Below are positions 8,250 to 19,356 of a stretch of DNA of 64,000 nucleotides, in pieces. A program made the position numbers and the translations under genes. Positions within the stretch are counted from its first letter, which is position 1. Every line of letters starts with the position of its first letter. Below the pieces are notes generated by a model, which saw nothing but the letters and a program-made list of their open reading frames with translations, had not been told where the DNA came from and did no database searches. Origin of the DNA: Saprospirales bacterium (GTDB lineage Bacteria; Bacteroidota; Bacteroidia; Chitinophagales; UBA8649); contig PAPS01000018.1 of assembly GCA_002708985.1 (NCBI GenBank), positions 263 to 64,262 on the forward strand, written 5' to 3'.

Positions 8250-9575
8250 TTATACTTTCCAGCGAATCTCCAAAGTAGGAGCATTCGGTTTTGGTGTAAA
8301 TCGTGCGTCCACCCTTTGTCCAAGAATACCGACAATTCGTTCCTCTGCATCGCATAAAACAATACGGTCCTCCCTTAGGGAAAGTGGAGTGGAGTGATCA
8401 TTAAAATAAGCGCCTATTTTTCTTTTTTTAGGCTTATTGTCTTTGTTGGTTAGATATAGATAATCACCCGGTTTTCGAACACGGAGACAAATTGGCCAAG
8501 TGATCTTATTGGCGTTCAAGTGCATAATACCTTGGGTGTAAATACTCTTCATTCGTTTACCATCGCGCAGACGAAGCGATAAACTTCCCTGGGATGCAAG
8601 GTCTACTTTATTATCAGCTTCGCTGAAAAGTATTGGCCTCTTTCTGTCGAGCAGATTTGTGGATAGCACAAGATGGCGATGGTCAATAAGAAGTCGAGCA
8701 GAGCGCCCTTCAAGCACAGCTCCATAGGATGCTTCATCCATCATCTTTAGTAGGGATTCGATTTGCTTGGCGGTATATCCGTTGGCCTTAAGCCAAGCTG
8801 ATAATAGAATGTAACGATGCTGATGGGTTTTAATCCAGGCTAAATTGAGCGATTCTTGTCCGTGATGAATTTCAATCTTTTTTTCAATCAATTGCTTAGC
8901 CCGTTCTTCGGCAAAGGAGCTCCATTTCTGAAGTTTTTCACTTTGACGTGCTAATCCATTGAACCATCGAGAGTGCCGCTCACGCAGGGAGGGAAGTATT
9001 TCGTGCCGTAGGTGATTACGATCATATTCCAACGAGGAATTCGAGATATCCTCTCGCCACGAAAGGCCATGTTTCTCGGCATAGGCAAGCAGATCGGCAC
9101 GGGGTATATGGAGTAGTGGTCTACAATGATTTCCTTCTAAGGCTGCCATGCCTGCTAAGCCTTTGATTGTTGATCCACCAAAAAGTTTGAGTAATATAGT
9201 TTCTGCTTGATCATCTAAATGGTGAGCTGTGGCAATCCAATGCGCATTATGGGCTTTGGCTGCTTCTTGAAAAAAATCGTAGCGCATTTGGCGTGCTACG
9301 TCTTGAAAATTGCCAGAGGACTTAAGGGATTTCCCATTCACCTCTTGTAGCACAAACGGAAAGCCATAGGATTCGGCAAGTTGCTCAACAAACTGGGCAT
9401 CTTCATTACTATCCTTTCCCCGTATGGTATAGTTAACATGGGCAACAATACAGCGAATATTTTGCTCGTACAAAGCATGTAGAAGTACACATGAATCCAT
9501 GCCCCCACTAACACCGAGAACGACCTTCTGGTTAGATGGGAAACATACTTCTATGGCGTGACGAATCGTATTCAC
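8250..9575 (-). CDS. tilS: tRNA(Ile)-lysidine synthetase
   Basis: PP-loop VLGVSGGMDSCVLLH. Typical length and C-terminal domain. Confidence 0.9.
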   Translation of the reverse strand: MNTIRHAIEVCFPSNQKVVLGVSGGMDSCVLLHALYEQNIRCIVAHVNYTIRGKDSNEDAQFVEQLAESYGFPFVLQEVNGKSLKSSGNFQDVARQMRYDFFQEAAKAHNAHWIATAHHLDDQAETILLKLFGGSTIKGLAGMAALEGNHCRPLLHIPRADLLAYAEKHGLSWREDISNSSLEYDRNHLRHEILPSLRERHSRWFNGLARQSEKLQKWSSFAEERAKQLIEKKIEIHHGQESLNLAWIKTHQHRYILLSAWLKANGYTAKQIESLLKMMDEASYGAVLEGRSARLLIDHRHLVLSTNLLDRKRPILFSEADNKVDLASQGSLSLRLRDGKRMKSIYTQGIMHLNANKITWPICLRVRKPGDYLYLTNKDNKPKKRKIGAYFNDHSTPLSLREDRIVLCDAEERIVGILGQRVDARFTPKPNAPTLEIRWKV

Positions 9576-9745
9576 ACATTAAAGATACAGCAGATAGTAT
9601 GGATACTTTTTTGTTATTTGACCAAACGTTTGGTAAATTAGAAGAGTCGTGGACAAAATCCCGATATTTTGACTTCAAAATGATAGTTGCTGATGTATCT
9701 TTCTTTTATAGATGTAACAATTCGCAAACATTAAAAAAATAAGTA

Positions 9746-10486
9746 ATGAATATTCTTGTTCCTGTGCGTAAAGTGCCTGACACAACGGCAAAAATCGCCT
9801 TTACACCAGACGGTAAATCGTTCGATGCCAATGGTGTGCAATTTGTAATGAATCCTACCGATGAGTGGTACGCCCTAGTGCGTGCTGTTGAGCTTAAAGA
9901 GAGTCTCGGTGGTACGATAACTCTAATTAATATTGGTGGTGCGGACAATGACCAAATCATTAGAAAAGGCCTTGCAATTGGGGGTGACGACGCAGTGAGA
10001 ATAGAAGGAGATGATCGAGATGCGCATTTCTGTGCCAAAGCGATTTCAGCCTATGCTAAAGCGAATGCCTTTGATCTCATTATTACGGGAAAAGAAGCCA
10101 TTGATGACAATGGTTTCCAGTTGGCTGCAATGATTGCTGAGTTTATGGATTGGCCTTTTATTTCTCAAGCTACACGTCTTGATGTAGAAGGAGATGTATG
10201 TCATCTATCCCGTGAGATTGAGGGGGGGCATGAGGATGTCGAGGTGTCAAAGCCGCTTGTAGTTTCAGCAAGCAAGGGTATGGCCGAACAGCGTATTCCC
10301 AATATGCGAGGAATTATGATGGCGAGATCTAAGCCACTCAATGTAATTCAAGCAGAGGATTCCTCAGTATCTAGCGAAGTAGCAAAGTACGCTCTACCTC
10401 CAGAAAAGGGTGATGTCAAATTGATTGATGCAGATAACATTGATGAGTTAATCACCTTATTGAAAAACGAAGCAAAAGCAATTTAA
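9746..10486 (+). CDS. etfB: Electron transfer flavoprotein, beta subunit
   Basis: MNILVPVRKVPDTTAKI start is typical of EtfB. The gene is followed by etfA. Confidence 0.9.
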   Translation: MNILVPVRKVPDTTAKIAFTPDGKSFDANGVQFVMNPTDEWYALVRAVELKESLGGTITLINIGGADNDQIIRKGLAIGGDDAVRIEGDDRDAHFCAKAISAYAKANAFDLIITGKEAIDDNGFQLAAMIAEFMDWPFISQATRLDVEGDVCHLSREIEGGHEDVEVSKPLVVSASKGMAEQRIPNMRGIMMARSKPLNVIQAEDSSVSSEVAKYALPPEKGDVKLIDADNIDELITLLKNEAKAI

Positions 10487-10496
10487 ACGAAGAATC

Positions 10497-11462
10497 ATGA
10501 ATGTATTAGTATATCTAGATAGTGCTGATGGCAGAGTTAAAAAGCCGGTCTATGAAGCAATCAGCTATGCCAAAAGGTTAACTCAATCTTCAGGTGGGCA
10601 AGTGCATGGTCTCGTATTAGGAGCGTCGGACGAAGCCGATCTTAAATCACTTGGTAAATATGGTCTCGATGTAGCTCATCATGTCGATGATGCTCGGTTT
10701 TCTTCTTTTGATAGCCGTGCCTATACAATGGCTATTGGCAAGTTTGTCGAAGCGAATCCATGCACTCACGTCGTGTTTGCATTTAATCATCGCGGTAAAG
10801 CATTAGCGCCCCGAGTGGCTGCTCGACTCGACTTAACTTATGTACCCGGCGCAATGGCACTTCCTGCTGAAGATGGCACAGTAGTTCGTGGGGTAAACTC
10901 AGGGAAAGCCTTTGCCCACGTTAAGGCAAACAAGTCAGGTATGGTTTTGGCTGTCACGGGTAATGCTACAGAACTCCTTAATGAAGAGGTAGAGGCCTCT
11001 ATTTCTGCTTTTGATGCAGGCTTAAGCGATGGTGATTTTGCCATCAAAGTGGTTAAGGTTGAGAAAATGGGGGGCGGCATAATCTTGACAGAAGCTGATC
11101 GCGTGGTAAGCGCTGGTCGTGGGCTTAAAGGGCCAGAAAACTGGGCTATGATCGAAGAACTTGCGGGCACATTGAAGGCAGCTACCGCGTGTTCTCGCCC
11201 TGTCTCTGATGTTGGATGGCGACCCCATCGTGAGCATGTTGGCCAGACAGGTACCACAGTCCGTCCTAACCTTTACTTTGCTATTGGTATCTCTGGTGCG
11301 ATACAGCACTTAGCTGGAGTCAATCAGAGTCGCACTATTGTAGTAATCAATACCGATCCTGAGGCTCCATTCTTTAAGGCTGCCGATTATGGAATCGTCG
11401 GTGATGCCTTTGATGTTGTGCCTAAGTTAAACGCGGCCCTCAAGGCTCACTTTGCTGCATAG
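10497..11462 (+). CDS. etfA: Electron transfer flavoprotein, alpha subunit
   Basis: C-terminal FAD-binding region VSAGRGLKG...YFAIGISGAIQHLAG. Confidence 0.9.
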   Translation: MNVLVYLDSADGRVKKPVYEAISYAKRLTQSSGGQVHGLVLGASDEADLKSLGKYGLDVAHHVDDARFSSFDSRAYTMAIGKFVEANPCTHVVFAFNHRGKALAPRVAARLDLTYVPGAMALPAEDGTVVRGVNSGKAFAHVKANKSGMVLAVTGNATELLNEEVEASISAFDAGLSDGDFAIKVVKVEKMGGGIILTEADRVVSAGRGLKGPENWAMIEELAGTLKAATACSRPVSDVGWRPHREHVGQTGTTVRPNLYFAIGISGAIQHLAGVNQSRTIVVINTDPEAPFFKAADYGIVGDAFDVVPKLNAALKAHFAA

Positions 11463-11521
11463 TGCAATGGTGATGCTTTTTGCCAAGGTTTTGTAAGTTT
11501 TAATCATTACTTTCAAGACTG

Positions 11522-12133
11522 ATGAATCGTGTAGAGCTAGAAATATTAGCCCTAACCAATAGTTTGGCGCATAACAACTCTTTCACAATTATCCTTGGTG
11601 AAAAGGATGGCCCAAGACGATTACCAATCACTATTGGGCAAATGGAGGCTCAAGCCATTGCAATAATCATGGATGATTTAAAGCCATTTCGGCCGCTGAC
11701 CCATGATCTCTTTATGCAAGTATTGCGTAAACTCAATGTTAAGGTTAAGGAAGTCTCTATAGAGAATCTTATTGATGGCATTTTTTATGCCCATTTAACT
11801 ATTGATTATGCCGGTCAGGTTTCTTCGCTTGACAGCAGGACATCTGATGCCCTTGCGCTGGCCATTCGTGATAAGGCGCCGATATACATCGAACACAAGC
11901 TTTTCGATGAGATAGCAGTACGTTTTAAAGAGGAGGAGGTCGATGAAATCGACACAGGGGAGGAATTAGAAAATAAACTATCCGATATAGAGGAACAGCT
12001 TCGTGGCGATAATACAGGACAAAACTTATCCAAGCTTTCAATTGATGAGCTTGAAAAGTTATTACAACAGGCTCTAGATCAAGAGGACTATGAACGAGCA
12101 GCAATTATTCGCGACGAACTCTCCAAACGATAA
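11522..12133 (+). CDS. Bifunctional nuclease (BFN/DUF151) family protein with a C-terminal UVR motif
   Basis: LPITIGQMEAQAI...RPLTHDL core, plus C-terminal EDYERAAIIRDEL (UvrB/C-like). Confidence 0.75.
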   Translation: MNRVELEILALTNSLAHNNSFTIILGEKDGPRRLPITIGQMEAQAIAIIMDDLKPFRPLTHDLFMQVLRKLNVKVKEVSIENLIDGIFYAHLTIDYAGQVSSLDSRTSDALALAIRDKAPIYIEHKLFDEIAVRFKEEEVDEIDTGEELENKLSDIEEQLRGDNTGQNLSKLSIDELEKLLQQALDQEDYERAAIIRDELSKR

Positions 12134-12136
12134 ATC

Positions 12137-13702
12137 ATGAAACACCGGATCAACAAAACTTTATTTCTTCTCTTTCTTTGCCTACCTCTGGCACTCTTGT
12201 CTCAAAATGAAGATTCTGTTATAGCTGATGGCGACTCTCCCGCTGACATAGAATCGTTGGCTGATAGTCATATGGATTCTGCTGTGAACATTCTCGAAGC
12301 AGAGGTCGAAAATACTTCAGCCGAGGATATATCAGGTGAAACTATTCAAGCGGATATGGATCTGCAAAGGACAGATGTGATAATACACAGTGAAGGCTTC
12401 ACCTTGAAAGGCCTTGCTAGGGGAATGTTGGGGATGGCTATGCTTATCCTACTTAGTGTTGTCTTTAGTAGCAATCGTAAGGCTATTGGCTGGCGCAGCG
12501 TGGGCATTGGACTTTTTGCTCAATTAGTGCTGGCTGTTGGGGTATTAAAGGTGAAAGTCGTGCAAAGTGCCTTTGAATTTGTAAGTAAGCTCTTTGTTAA
12601 AACGTTAGAATTCACAGAAGCGGGCAGTACATTTCTTTTAGGGAATATGATGAATGATGCACCATCTGCTCCTTTTGGCTACATATTCTTGTTTCAAGTA
12701 TTGCCTACGATTATCTTCTTTTCTGCGCTTACCTCGGTATTGTTTTATCTCGGAATCATTCAAAAGGTAGTCAAGTTTATGGCTTGGATTCTTACGAAGT
12801 TGTTAGGTATATCTGGTGCTGAAAGTCTAAGTGTAGCTGGAAATATCTTCTTAGGTCAGACCGAGGCGCCTCTAATGATTAAGGCCTACTTAGAAGATAT
12901 GTCAAAGTCGGAAATACTTCTTGTAATGGTTGGCGGTATGGCGACTGTAGCAGGTGGTGTTCTGGCAGCTTATATCGGCTTCTTAGGAGGCGGTGATCCA
13001 GAACTTGAACTCTTTTATGCAAAGCATCTTCTAACAGCGTCGGTAATGGCTGCTCCTGGAGCGATTGTAGTCTCTAAAATTCTCTTTCCTCAGGAACAAG
13101 AAGTGAACAATGATATTGTTGTATCCAACGAAAATATAGGATCAAATTTATTGGATGCTATTGCAAACGGAACAACGGAGGGAATCAAATTAGCGGCTAA
13201 TGTAGGCGCGATGCTTTTAGTGTTCATTGCCTTTATTGCTATGGTAAATTTCGGCTTAGGTAAACTTGGTGATGTCACTTCTTTAAATGCTTGGGTTGCA
13301 GCAAATACTACGTATTCTTCCTTTTCCCTTGAGTTTATCTTGGGCTATACCTTTGCTCCATTGATGTGGCTCATTGGCGTCCCGCTGCAGGACATGGCAT
13401 TAATGGGTCAGCTGCTTGGGATTAAGCTCGCAGCAAGCGAATTTGTGGGATACATCCAATTGTCGTCTTTGAAGGATATGGCAAGCGAAGTGCATTTTAG
13501 CTACCATAAGTCAGTGATTATGGCTACTTATATGCTTTGTGGATTTGCGAACTTCGCTTCGATTGGTATCCAAATTGGGGGTATTGGTTCGTTAGCTCCT
13601 GGACAGCGCAAAACACTGTCGGAGTTTGGTCTGAAAGCACTGATAGGTGGGACCCTTGCCTCATTGTTGTCCGCTACGATTGCGGGGATGATAATAGGCT
13701 AA
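12137..13702 (+). CDS. Concentrative nucleoside transporter (NupC/CNT family) with an extra signal-peptide and acidic N-terminal extension
   Basis: GNIFLGQTEAPLMIKAYL and a multi-TM CNT core. The first ~90 aa are a signal-like segment followed by a D/E-rich stretch. Confidence 0.85.
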   Translation: MKHRINKTLFLLFLCLPLALLSQNEDSVIADGDSPADIESLADSHMDSAVNILEAEVENTSAEDISGETIQADMDLQRTDVIIHSEGFTLKGLARGMLGMAMLILLSVVFSSNRKAIGWRSVGIGLFAQLVLAVGVLKVKVVQSAFEFVSKLFVKTLEFTEAGSTFLLGNMMNDAPSAPFGYIFLFQVLPTIIFFSALTSVLFYLGIIQKVVKFMAWILTKLLGISGAESLSVAGNIFLGQTEAPLMIKAYLEDMSKSEILLVMVGGMATVAGGVLAAYIGFLGGGDPELELFYAKHLLTASVMAAPGAIVVSKILFPQEQEVNNDIVVSNENIGSNLLDAIANGTTEGIKLAANVGAMLLVFIAFIAMVNFGLGKLGDVTSLNAWVAANTTYSSFSLEFILGYTFAPLMWLIGVPLQDMALMGQLLGIKLAASEFVGYIQLSSLKDMASEVHFSYHKSVIMATYMLCGFANFASIGIQIGGIGSLAPGQRKTLSEFGLKALIGGTLASLLSATIAGMIIG

Positions 13703-13708
13703 ATCCTC

Positions 13709-14431
13709 TTAGTTCGTTGTAGGAATAGAAATCATATCTACAACAAGAAAGCGATCTTTTGGCTTAATCATTTGGAAAAGAAGGATATCTCCAGATTCTG
13801 TTCCTACATAAACTTCATAAAAGAACATACCGCTCTGTGGATCTTGTAGCTGAGAATAATTACTAAAGCTAAGTCCTCCAGATTTACCCACTTCATCAAC
13901 TACATATTCAGCTTCGTATACGGCTGATTTGTACTCTATGCTTTTACCAGGATCAAGGCTTGTGCGCATAACACGCGATTCATCATTTCCAGTATATGCT
14001 TTGTGCCTAGCAACCTCCTTATACTTCTTTTCTCGACAAAAACTCAGGTAATCAAATACAGCCTGCTGGGCGGGTAAAAGATCTGCGGTCGCTAAGGAAT
14101 CGATGTATTTTCCTGTTTGATCGAATGCTCCTCGAAAATTGTATGCTGTAAAGCTATCGAGCGCTGGCGTCATCGTTGCCAAGGCATTCACACCTACCTC
14201 GATGAGCGGAGTAGTGATAACTTCCGGGCTACTGCTTTGAATGTGCTGTGCAATAGCTATGATATCGTACTTGTCAAGTGCCTCACCACTTATGAGCTTT
14301 TCTCCGGCAATGGAGGTTGGAGTTTCTGCTACATCATCCTCAGAGATGACTTCTTTTGCTTGGTCATCCTTGCATTGCACTAGGCACACTAGGAATACAA
14401 AACAGCCAATTGGTAACGATTTATGCGGCAT
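13709..14431 (-). CDS. Hypothetical lipoprotein
   Basis: Hydrophobic N-terminus with Cys (FLVCLVQC). No family recognised. Confidence 0.4.
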   Translation of the reverse strand: MPHKSLPIGCFVFLVCLVQCKDDQAKEVISEDDVAETPTSIAGEKLISGEALDKYDIIAIAQHIQSSSPEVITTPLIEVGVNALATMTPALDSFTAYNFRGAFDQTGKYIDSLATADLLPAQQAVFDYLSFCREKKYKEVARHKAYTGNDESRVMRTSLDPGKSIEYKSAVYEAEYVVDEVGKSGGLSFSNYSQLQDPQSGMFFYEVYVGTESGDILLFQMIKPKDRFLVVDMISIPTTN

Positions 14432-14454
14432 GTAATCAATTAAAAATTTTTGTG

Positions 14455-16773
14455 TTAAACTGGCTCTTGGCTCGCGCGATTCTTTTGATTGAGCGCTTCA
14501 TCAATAGCCCATGTGTCATCAGATGGAGTAAGATTTATGGCCTCTTCAACAGTAGCTTCTACTTCTGTCGCTGGCGCGCCATGACCTTTTGCATCCTCCA
14601 TTCCCCAGAAATCTTTTAGAATAGGGGCAATGACTAACCCTAAGAGACATGTTAATTTGATTAAGATGTTCATTGAAGGTCCTGAGGTATCTTTGAAAGG
14701 GTCACCCACAGTATCACCAGTCACAGCTGCCTTGTGTGCTTCAGAACCTTTATAGGTCATCTCCCCATCAATCATTACACCTTCTTCAAAGCTCTTTTTG
14801 GCGTTATCCCACGCACCTCCTGCGTTGTTCTGGAAAATAGCCCAGAGAACACCGCTTACGGCTACACCTGCCATATATGCTCCTAATGCCTCAGGCCCCA
14901 TGGTAAAACCTATGAGAATTGGCATAACTAGGGTAAGTGCGCCAGGTAAAAGCATTTCTCGAAGAGCAGCCTTAGTTGAAATTTCAACGCACTTCTCATA
15001 TTCTGGTTTTCCTGTTCCCTCCATAATACCGGGAATCTCGCGGAACTGACGGCGAACTTCTTTGACCATATCCATAGCAGCTTTTCCTACTGAATTCATA
15101 GCTAATGCCGAGAAGACAACTGGAATCATTCCGCCTATAAAAAGTGCAGAAAGCACTTTGGCTTTAAAGATGTTGATTCCATCAAGAATCCCTGCCATTG
15201 GGACATAGGCCGCAAATAGGGCGAGAGCCGTTAATGCTGCTGAGGCAATTGCAAAGCCTTTGCCAATGGCAGCTGTTGTATTACCAACAGAATCCAAAAT
15301 ATCTGTACGTTCACGCACCTCTTCTGGTAGCTCACTCATTTCGGCAATACCTCCTGCATTATCTGCAATAGGTCCAAAGGCATCAATTGCTAATTGCATG
15401 GCGGTAGTAGCCATCATAGAACAAGCGGCAATTGATACCCCGTAAAATCCTGCACATTCATAAGCTCCCCATATGGCAGCAGCAAACAAAATGATTGGTC
15501 CGAAGGTTGAAATCATCCCTGTAGCTAGTCCTGCGATAACATTTGTACCTGCTCCTGTTGCCGATTTTGCCACAATATCCATGACGGGTTTCTTACCCTT
15601 ACCTGTGTAGAATTCTGTCAGATAGCTAATCGCTCCCCCAACACCGAGTCCAATGAGCACAGACCAGAAAACGTTCACGCTACTTATTTGTCGAGAATCC
15701 TCTCCAAAGAAGTCCATCGTCATGGTTTCAGGCAGAATCATTTTAATCAATAAGAAGGACGCGATAGCGGTAAGTCCTATAGAAATCCAGTTACCGAGAT
15801 TAAGGGAGGCTTGAACACCACTTTCCTTTGAGTCGTCGTTAGCTCGAACAAAAAGTCCTCCGATGTAGGAAAATATGATTCCTACAGCCGAAATTAAAAG
15901 AGGTAACAACATGGTCGCTAAGCCCCCGAATGCATCGTTGTAGCCTTCGCCAATTACGAGGTAGTTCCCTAGTACCATTGCAGCCAAAACAGTGGCAACA
16001 TAAGATCCAAATAAATCAGCACCCATCCCTGCAACATCACCTACATTGTCACCAACGTTATCGGCAATGGTTGCAGGATTTCGAGGATCATCTTCTGGAA
16101 TACCTGCTTCTACTTTACCTACAAGATCAGCCCCTACGTCAGCAGCTTTAGTATAAATACCCCCACCAACACGGGCAAAGAGGGCAATAGATTCAGCGCC
16201 TAAGGAGAAACCAGCTAGTGCCTCTAGGATAAGAGTTGCAAGGTGAAATCTTTCCGATGCTGATTCACCGCTAAAGTTTTCGACTCCAGGGATAATAGAT
16301 GTCTTCAACAATACAATGAATAAGATACTAAGACCAAAGACCGCAAGTCCAGCAACACCTAGTCCCATTACCATACCTCCGCTAAAACTCACTTTAAGCG
16401 CCTTACTTAGGCTAGTCCTAGCCGCTTCTGTCGTACGTACATTTGCCGCTGTCGCAATACGCATACCGATGTTTCCTGCTAATGCTGAGAACACGGCGCC
16501 GATAACAAATGCTACTACAATAAACCAGTGGGTTGTGTCAACCACGGTACTTAGAAGCCCAAGTAAGGCTCCAGCAACCACTACGAAAATGGCTAACAAA
16601 CGGTACTCGGCACTTAAGAAGGCGAGTGCCCCTCGGCGGATATACATTGCGATTTCAGCCATTCGCTCGTTCCCCATAGATTGTTTGTTAACCCACGAGG
16701 ACTTCAAGTACATTACTACTAGAGCTAAAAAGGCTACTGCCGGTACGGCAAACAGAAGGCTATCTACTGTCAT
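14455..16773 (-). CDS. hppA: Membrane-integral pyrophosphatase (K+-dependent subfamily signature)
   Basis: 772 aa and multi-TM, with DNVGDNVGD and [13 protein letters not shown]. The Ala rather than Lys after GNTT marks the K+-dependent type that includes the Na+ pumps. Confidence 0.95.
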   Translation of the reverse strand: MTVDSLLFAVPAVAFLALVVMYLKSSWVNKQSMGNERMAEIAMYIRRGALAFLSAEYRLLAIFVVVAGALLGLLSTVVDTTHWFIVVAFVIGAVFSALAGNIGMRIATAANVRTTEAARTSLSKALKVSFSGGMVMGLGVAGLAVFGLSILFIVLLKTSIIPGVENFSGESASERFHLATLILEALAGFSLGAESIALFARVGGGIYTKAADVGADLVGKVEAGIPEDDPRNPATIADNVGDNVGDVAGMGADLFGSYVATVLAAMVLGNYLVIGEGYNDAFGGLATMLLPLLISAVGIIFSYIGGLFVRANDDSKESGVQASLNLGNWISIGLTAIASFLLIKMILPETMTMDFFGEDSRQISSVNVFWSVLIGLGVGGAISYLTEFYTGKGKKPVMDIVAKSATGAGTNVIAGLATGMISTFGPIILFAAAIWGAYECAGFYGVSIAACSMMATTAMQLAIDAFGPIADNAGGIAEMSELPEEVRERTDILDSVGNTTAAIGKGFAIASAALTALALFAAYVPMAGILDGINIFKAKVLSALFIGGMIPVVFSALAMNSVGKAAMDMVKEVRRQFREIPGIMEGTGKPEYEKCVEISTKAALREMLLPGALTLVMPILIGFTMGPEALGAYMAGVAVSGVLWAIFQNNAGGAWDNAKKSFEEGVMIDGEMTYKGSEAHKAAVTGDTVGDPFKDTSGPSMNILIKLTCLLGLVIAPILKDFWGMEDAKGHGAPATEVEATVEEAINLTPSDDTWAIDEALNQKNRASQEPV

Positions 16774-16864
16774 GATATAAAAGTTTAGCGCTCAAAAGTA
16801 CTATATGCATAAGAACTAATGGAACATTAGCACCAAAAGATTGCGCGATATAAGGAAAATATTT

Positions 16865-17569
16865 TTAGCGAACTGGAAAGTCAAATGACATCTCTCTTAC
16901 ACCACTATTGTATTTAGAGATGAAAGAATCGTTAAAGCGCATCGGGCGGATGATTTGAATGAATTCTGCCGCTTCTTCAGGAGAGGAGAAATCACCAAGA
17001 GAATAGCGCATAGTTCCATCCACATTTTCATAACGCATTACAAGACCGTTATCAATTAAATGGGATAAATCACGCTTATCATAAAATCCAATCTGAATGC
17101 GATAAGATTCTCCAGATGGTGCGTCAGTGTTAATGGCAATGGATTCATTGTCTTGGTTGCCATCAGCACTTCCCGTATTTGATCCTTCGGCGCCTTCAGC
17201 CACAGATCCTCCCTCTGCGCCTTCACTTGAATTTGCGATGTCACCAATGATGCCGTTATTAGCACCCATGCCTCCTTGCTTACAATTTTTTAACTGTTCG
17301 TCTTGGAAGGCAACAACTTCTTCTAATTGAGCAATTTCTGCCCTAGCGTTATCAATTTCTTGATAAAGCTCTTCAACCTCAACGCGATAGGATTTATTGG
17401 TTTCAATGAGGTTTTTATACCGCTCAGGATTTTTCTTTAGCTCTTTGATTTGTTTGATTAAATCTTTACGTTCCTGTTTACTTAATTCTTGGCCAAATGA
17501 TTGTTGGCTAATGAGTAAACAGATAAGGATAGAAAAAATGGTAAAGTAAGAACGCTTCATGGTATGCAT
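16865..17569 (-). CDS. Coiled-coil protein with a SPOR-like C-terminal domain
   Basis: Signal peptide (the start may be the MKRSYF Met at 17560). The coiled coil is K/E-rich. The C-terminus YRIQIGFYDKRDLS...SLGDFSSPEEAAEF resembles a SPOR domain. Confidence 0.5.
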   Translation of the reverse strand: MHTMKRSYFTIFSILICLLISQQSFGQELSKQERKDLIKQIKELKKNPERYKNLIETNKSYRVEVEELYQEIDNARAEIAQLEEVVAFQDEQLKNCKQGGMGANNGIIGDIANSSEGAEGGSVAEGAEGSNTGSADGNQDNESIAINTDAPSGESYRIQIGFYDKRDLSHLIDNGLVMRYENVDGTMRYSLGDFSSPEEAAEFIQIIRPMRFNDSFISKYNSGVREMSFDFPVR

Positions 17570-17595
17570 TTTTAATTTTTCGTTGTTATTTGATG

Positions 17596-18879
17596 TTATT
17601 GAACCTCGATTGCATCGAGTTTCTCCTTCAGTGGTTGAATATACTTTAAATAATCTTGGATTTGATTAGTTGGCATAGGTAAGCTTTCCTTTCCGATCTC
17701 ACTATATGGATCAATTTGCACGCCATCCTTCCAAAATCGATAGCAAACATGGGGCCCCGTTGAAAGTCCTGTGCTGCCCACATATCCTATGATTTGCCCT
17801 TGTTGCACCGGAGCCCCTTTGGTTAACCCCTCCGCAAATTTAGACATGTGCAGGTACTGTGTGGAATATGTACTGTTGTGTTTGACTTTGACATAATTAC
17901 CATTACCACTTGTGTATCCGAAGGTTTCTATTGTCCCATTAGCAGTTGATACAATGGGTGTTCCCATGGGTGCGGCATAATCAGTGCCAAGGTGCGGAGA
18001 GTTACGTCCAGTTACAGGGTGTCTTCGGCTGTGGGTGAAGCGCGAGCTGATACGTGAAAACTCAACAGGGGCTTGCAGAAACATTTGCTTCATGGTATGC
18101 CCCTTTTCATCAAAATATTGAAAGCCACTAAGAGAGTCTCCATACGCAAAGGCGTAATAAGGTTTCCCAAAGTGCGTAAACTTAACCGCCGTTATATTAT
18201 CAGCATCAAGGACTTTCCCGTTTTGAGCAACGACTTCGTCAAATAGTACTCGAATCGTATCATTGGTCTGTATTCGATAAAAGTTAATGGACCATGCAAA
18301 TATATTGGCCAGTTTGACGGAAAGCACTCCATTACTTCCCTGATTTTCAATGGTTGCCCATAAGGACGACTTGATTACTCCTCCAAGTTGTTTAGAACGA
18401 CTCGTAGTTGGGATTTCAATAATTTCTCCCACTACATCTTCCCAATAGATTTCATAGCTATAGTAGGAGAGTGCATCGCGCTCGACAAATACATGAGTCA
18501 CCTCATCAGTCGAATCACGGAGAACGGCAAACTGTTGACCAGGATAGACATTTTTCAATGACGGTACTTCTTCATATTGAGGTTTTTCAAGCCGAAGAAT
18601 AGCGTTGTAAGGCAGATGATCTTGGAGCAGTTCGGAAAGTGATAGCCCAGGAGATACTGTTATAGTATCCAAGAGACTTTTGGGGTAAGTACCATAAAAC
18701 CCACTTATTGAGTCAGGAATCAGATTTAGGGTATCGGTTCTGATACTGGTGTCAATGTAACTTTCTTCACTATTAGTATTCGAAGCATCCGTTTTTCCTT
18801 TCTTATCGGAAGACATGCAATGATTCCCCAAAAGGAGAGTACTAATTAGCCAAAGGATGTGGAGAAATTTATAATGCAT
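17596..18879 (-). CDS. M23 family metallopeptidase
   Basis: HLGTDYAAPMGTPI...GNYVKVKHN...YLHMSKF...GYVGSTGLSTGPHVCYRF. Confidence 0.85.
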   Translation of the reverse strand: MHYKFLHILWLISTLLLGNHCMSSDKKGKTDASNTNSEESYIDTSIRTDTLNLIPDSISGFYGTYPKSLLDTITVSPGLSLSELLQDHLPYNAILRLEKPQYEEVPSLKNVYPGQQFAVLRDSTDEVTHVFVERDALSYYSYEIYWEDVVGEIIEIPTTSRSKQLGGVIKSSLWATIENQGSNGVLSVKLANIFAWSINFYRIQTNDTIRVLFDEVVAQNGKVLDADNITAVKFTHFGKPYYAFAYGDSLSGFQYFDEKGHTMKQMFLQAPVEFSRISSRFTHSRRHPVTGRNSPHLGTDYAAPMGTPIVSTANGTIETFGYTSGNGNYVKVKHNSTYSTQYLHMSKFAEGLTKGAPVQQGQIIGYVGSTGLSTGPHVCYRFWKDGVQIDPYSEIGKESLPMPTNQIQDYLKYIQPLKEKLDAIEVQ

Positions 18880-18900
18880 AAAGCAGTAACAGCCGGTTGT

Positions 18901-19341
18901 CTATTCGGAAGCCCGTGTCCAGTTTTCCGTTCGACCTAATGCAGGTATACCCACATAGCCTCTTACGTCGAGTTTATTGTCACTAACGACGGTAATCACG
19001 CACTTGTATGTTTTACCATTTTTAGGATCATAAATCGTGCCGCCGGAAAACTTGCCATCTCCATCAGCAGTAAAGTCACGCAAAACGCGTAATCCAATGA
19101 TTGGCTCTTTTTGATCAGAGGTATTGGGTGCATTTTTGTTAACCTTTGGTTTGCCGTTTTCGTCATTGGGTTCTTCCAACCATACAATCTCTCCGAAGTA
19201 TGCGTTGCCCTCCTTGAAAATTTCGATTTTACCTGATTTTTCAGTGTTATACCATGTTCCTGAGATGTCTTGCGCCTGAAGGATATTGTTGAATGCCAGG
19301 AATATTAACGTTGTGCTGATGACGATTAAACTTCTTTTCAT
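18901..19341 (-). CDS. DUF2147 domain-containing protein
   Basis: Signal peptide, then GTWYN..SGKIEIF..G.YFGEIVWL and GGTIYDPKNGKTYKC...VRGYVG..LGRTENWTR. Confidence 0.75.
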   Translation of the reverse strand: MKRSLIVISTTLIFLAFNNILQAQDISGTWYNTEKSGKIEIFKEGNAYFGEIVWLEEPNDENGKPKVNKNAPNTSDQKEPIIGLRVLRDFTADGDGKFSGGTIYDPKNGKTYKCVITVVSDNKLDVRGYVGIPALGRTENWTRASE

Positions 19342-19356
19342 AGCGTATTTTAAAGG

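Noticed and set aside
9536-9742. 68-aa ORF in the tilS/etfB divergent spacer.
   Set aside because: It overlaps the tilS 5' end, has no recognisable motifs or plausible RBS context, and lies in what is most simply a divergent promoter region.
16316-16780. Long antisense ORFs in the track inside hppA (16316..16780). The same pattern occurs in etfA (10838..11257), floA (42112..42624), the zinc-ribbon gene (48472..48870), folD/DUF58 (40271..40672) and others.
   Set aside because: They lie wholly within strongly supported genes on the opposite strand. They have low-complexity, Ala/Ser/Pro/Arg-biased translations typical of shadow frames.
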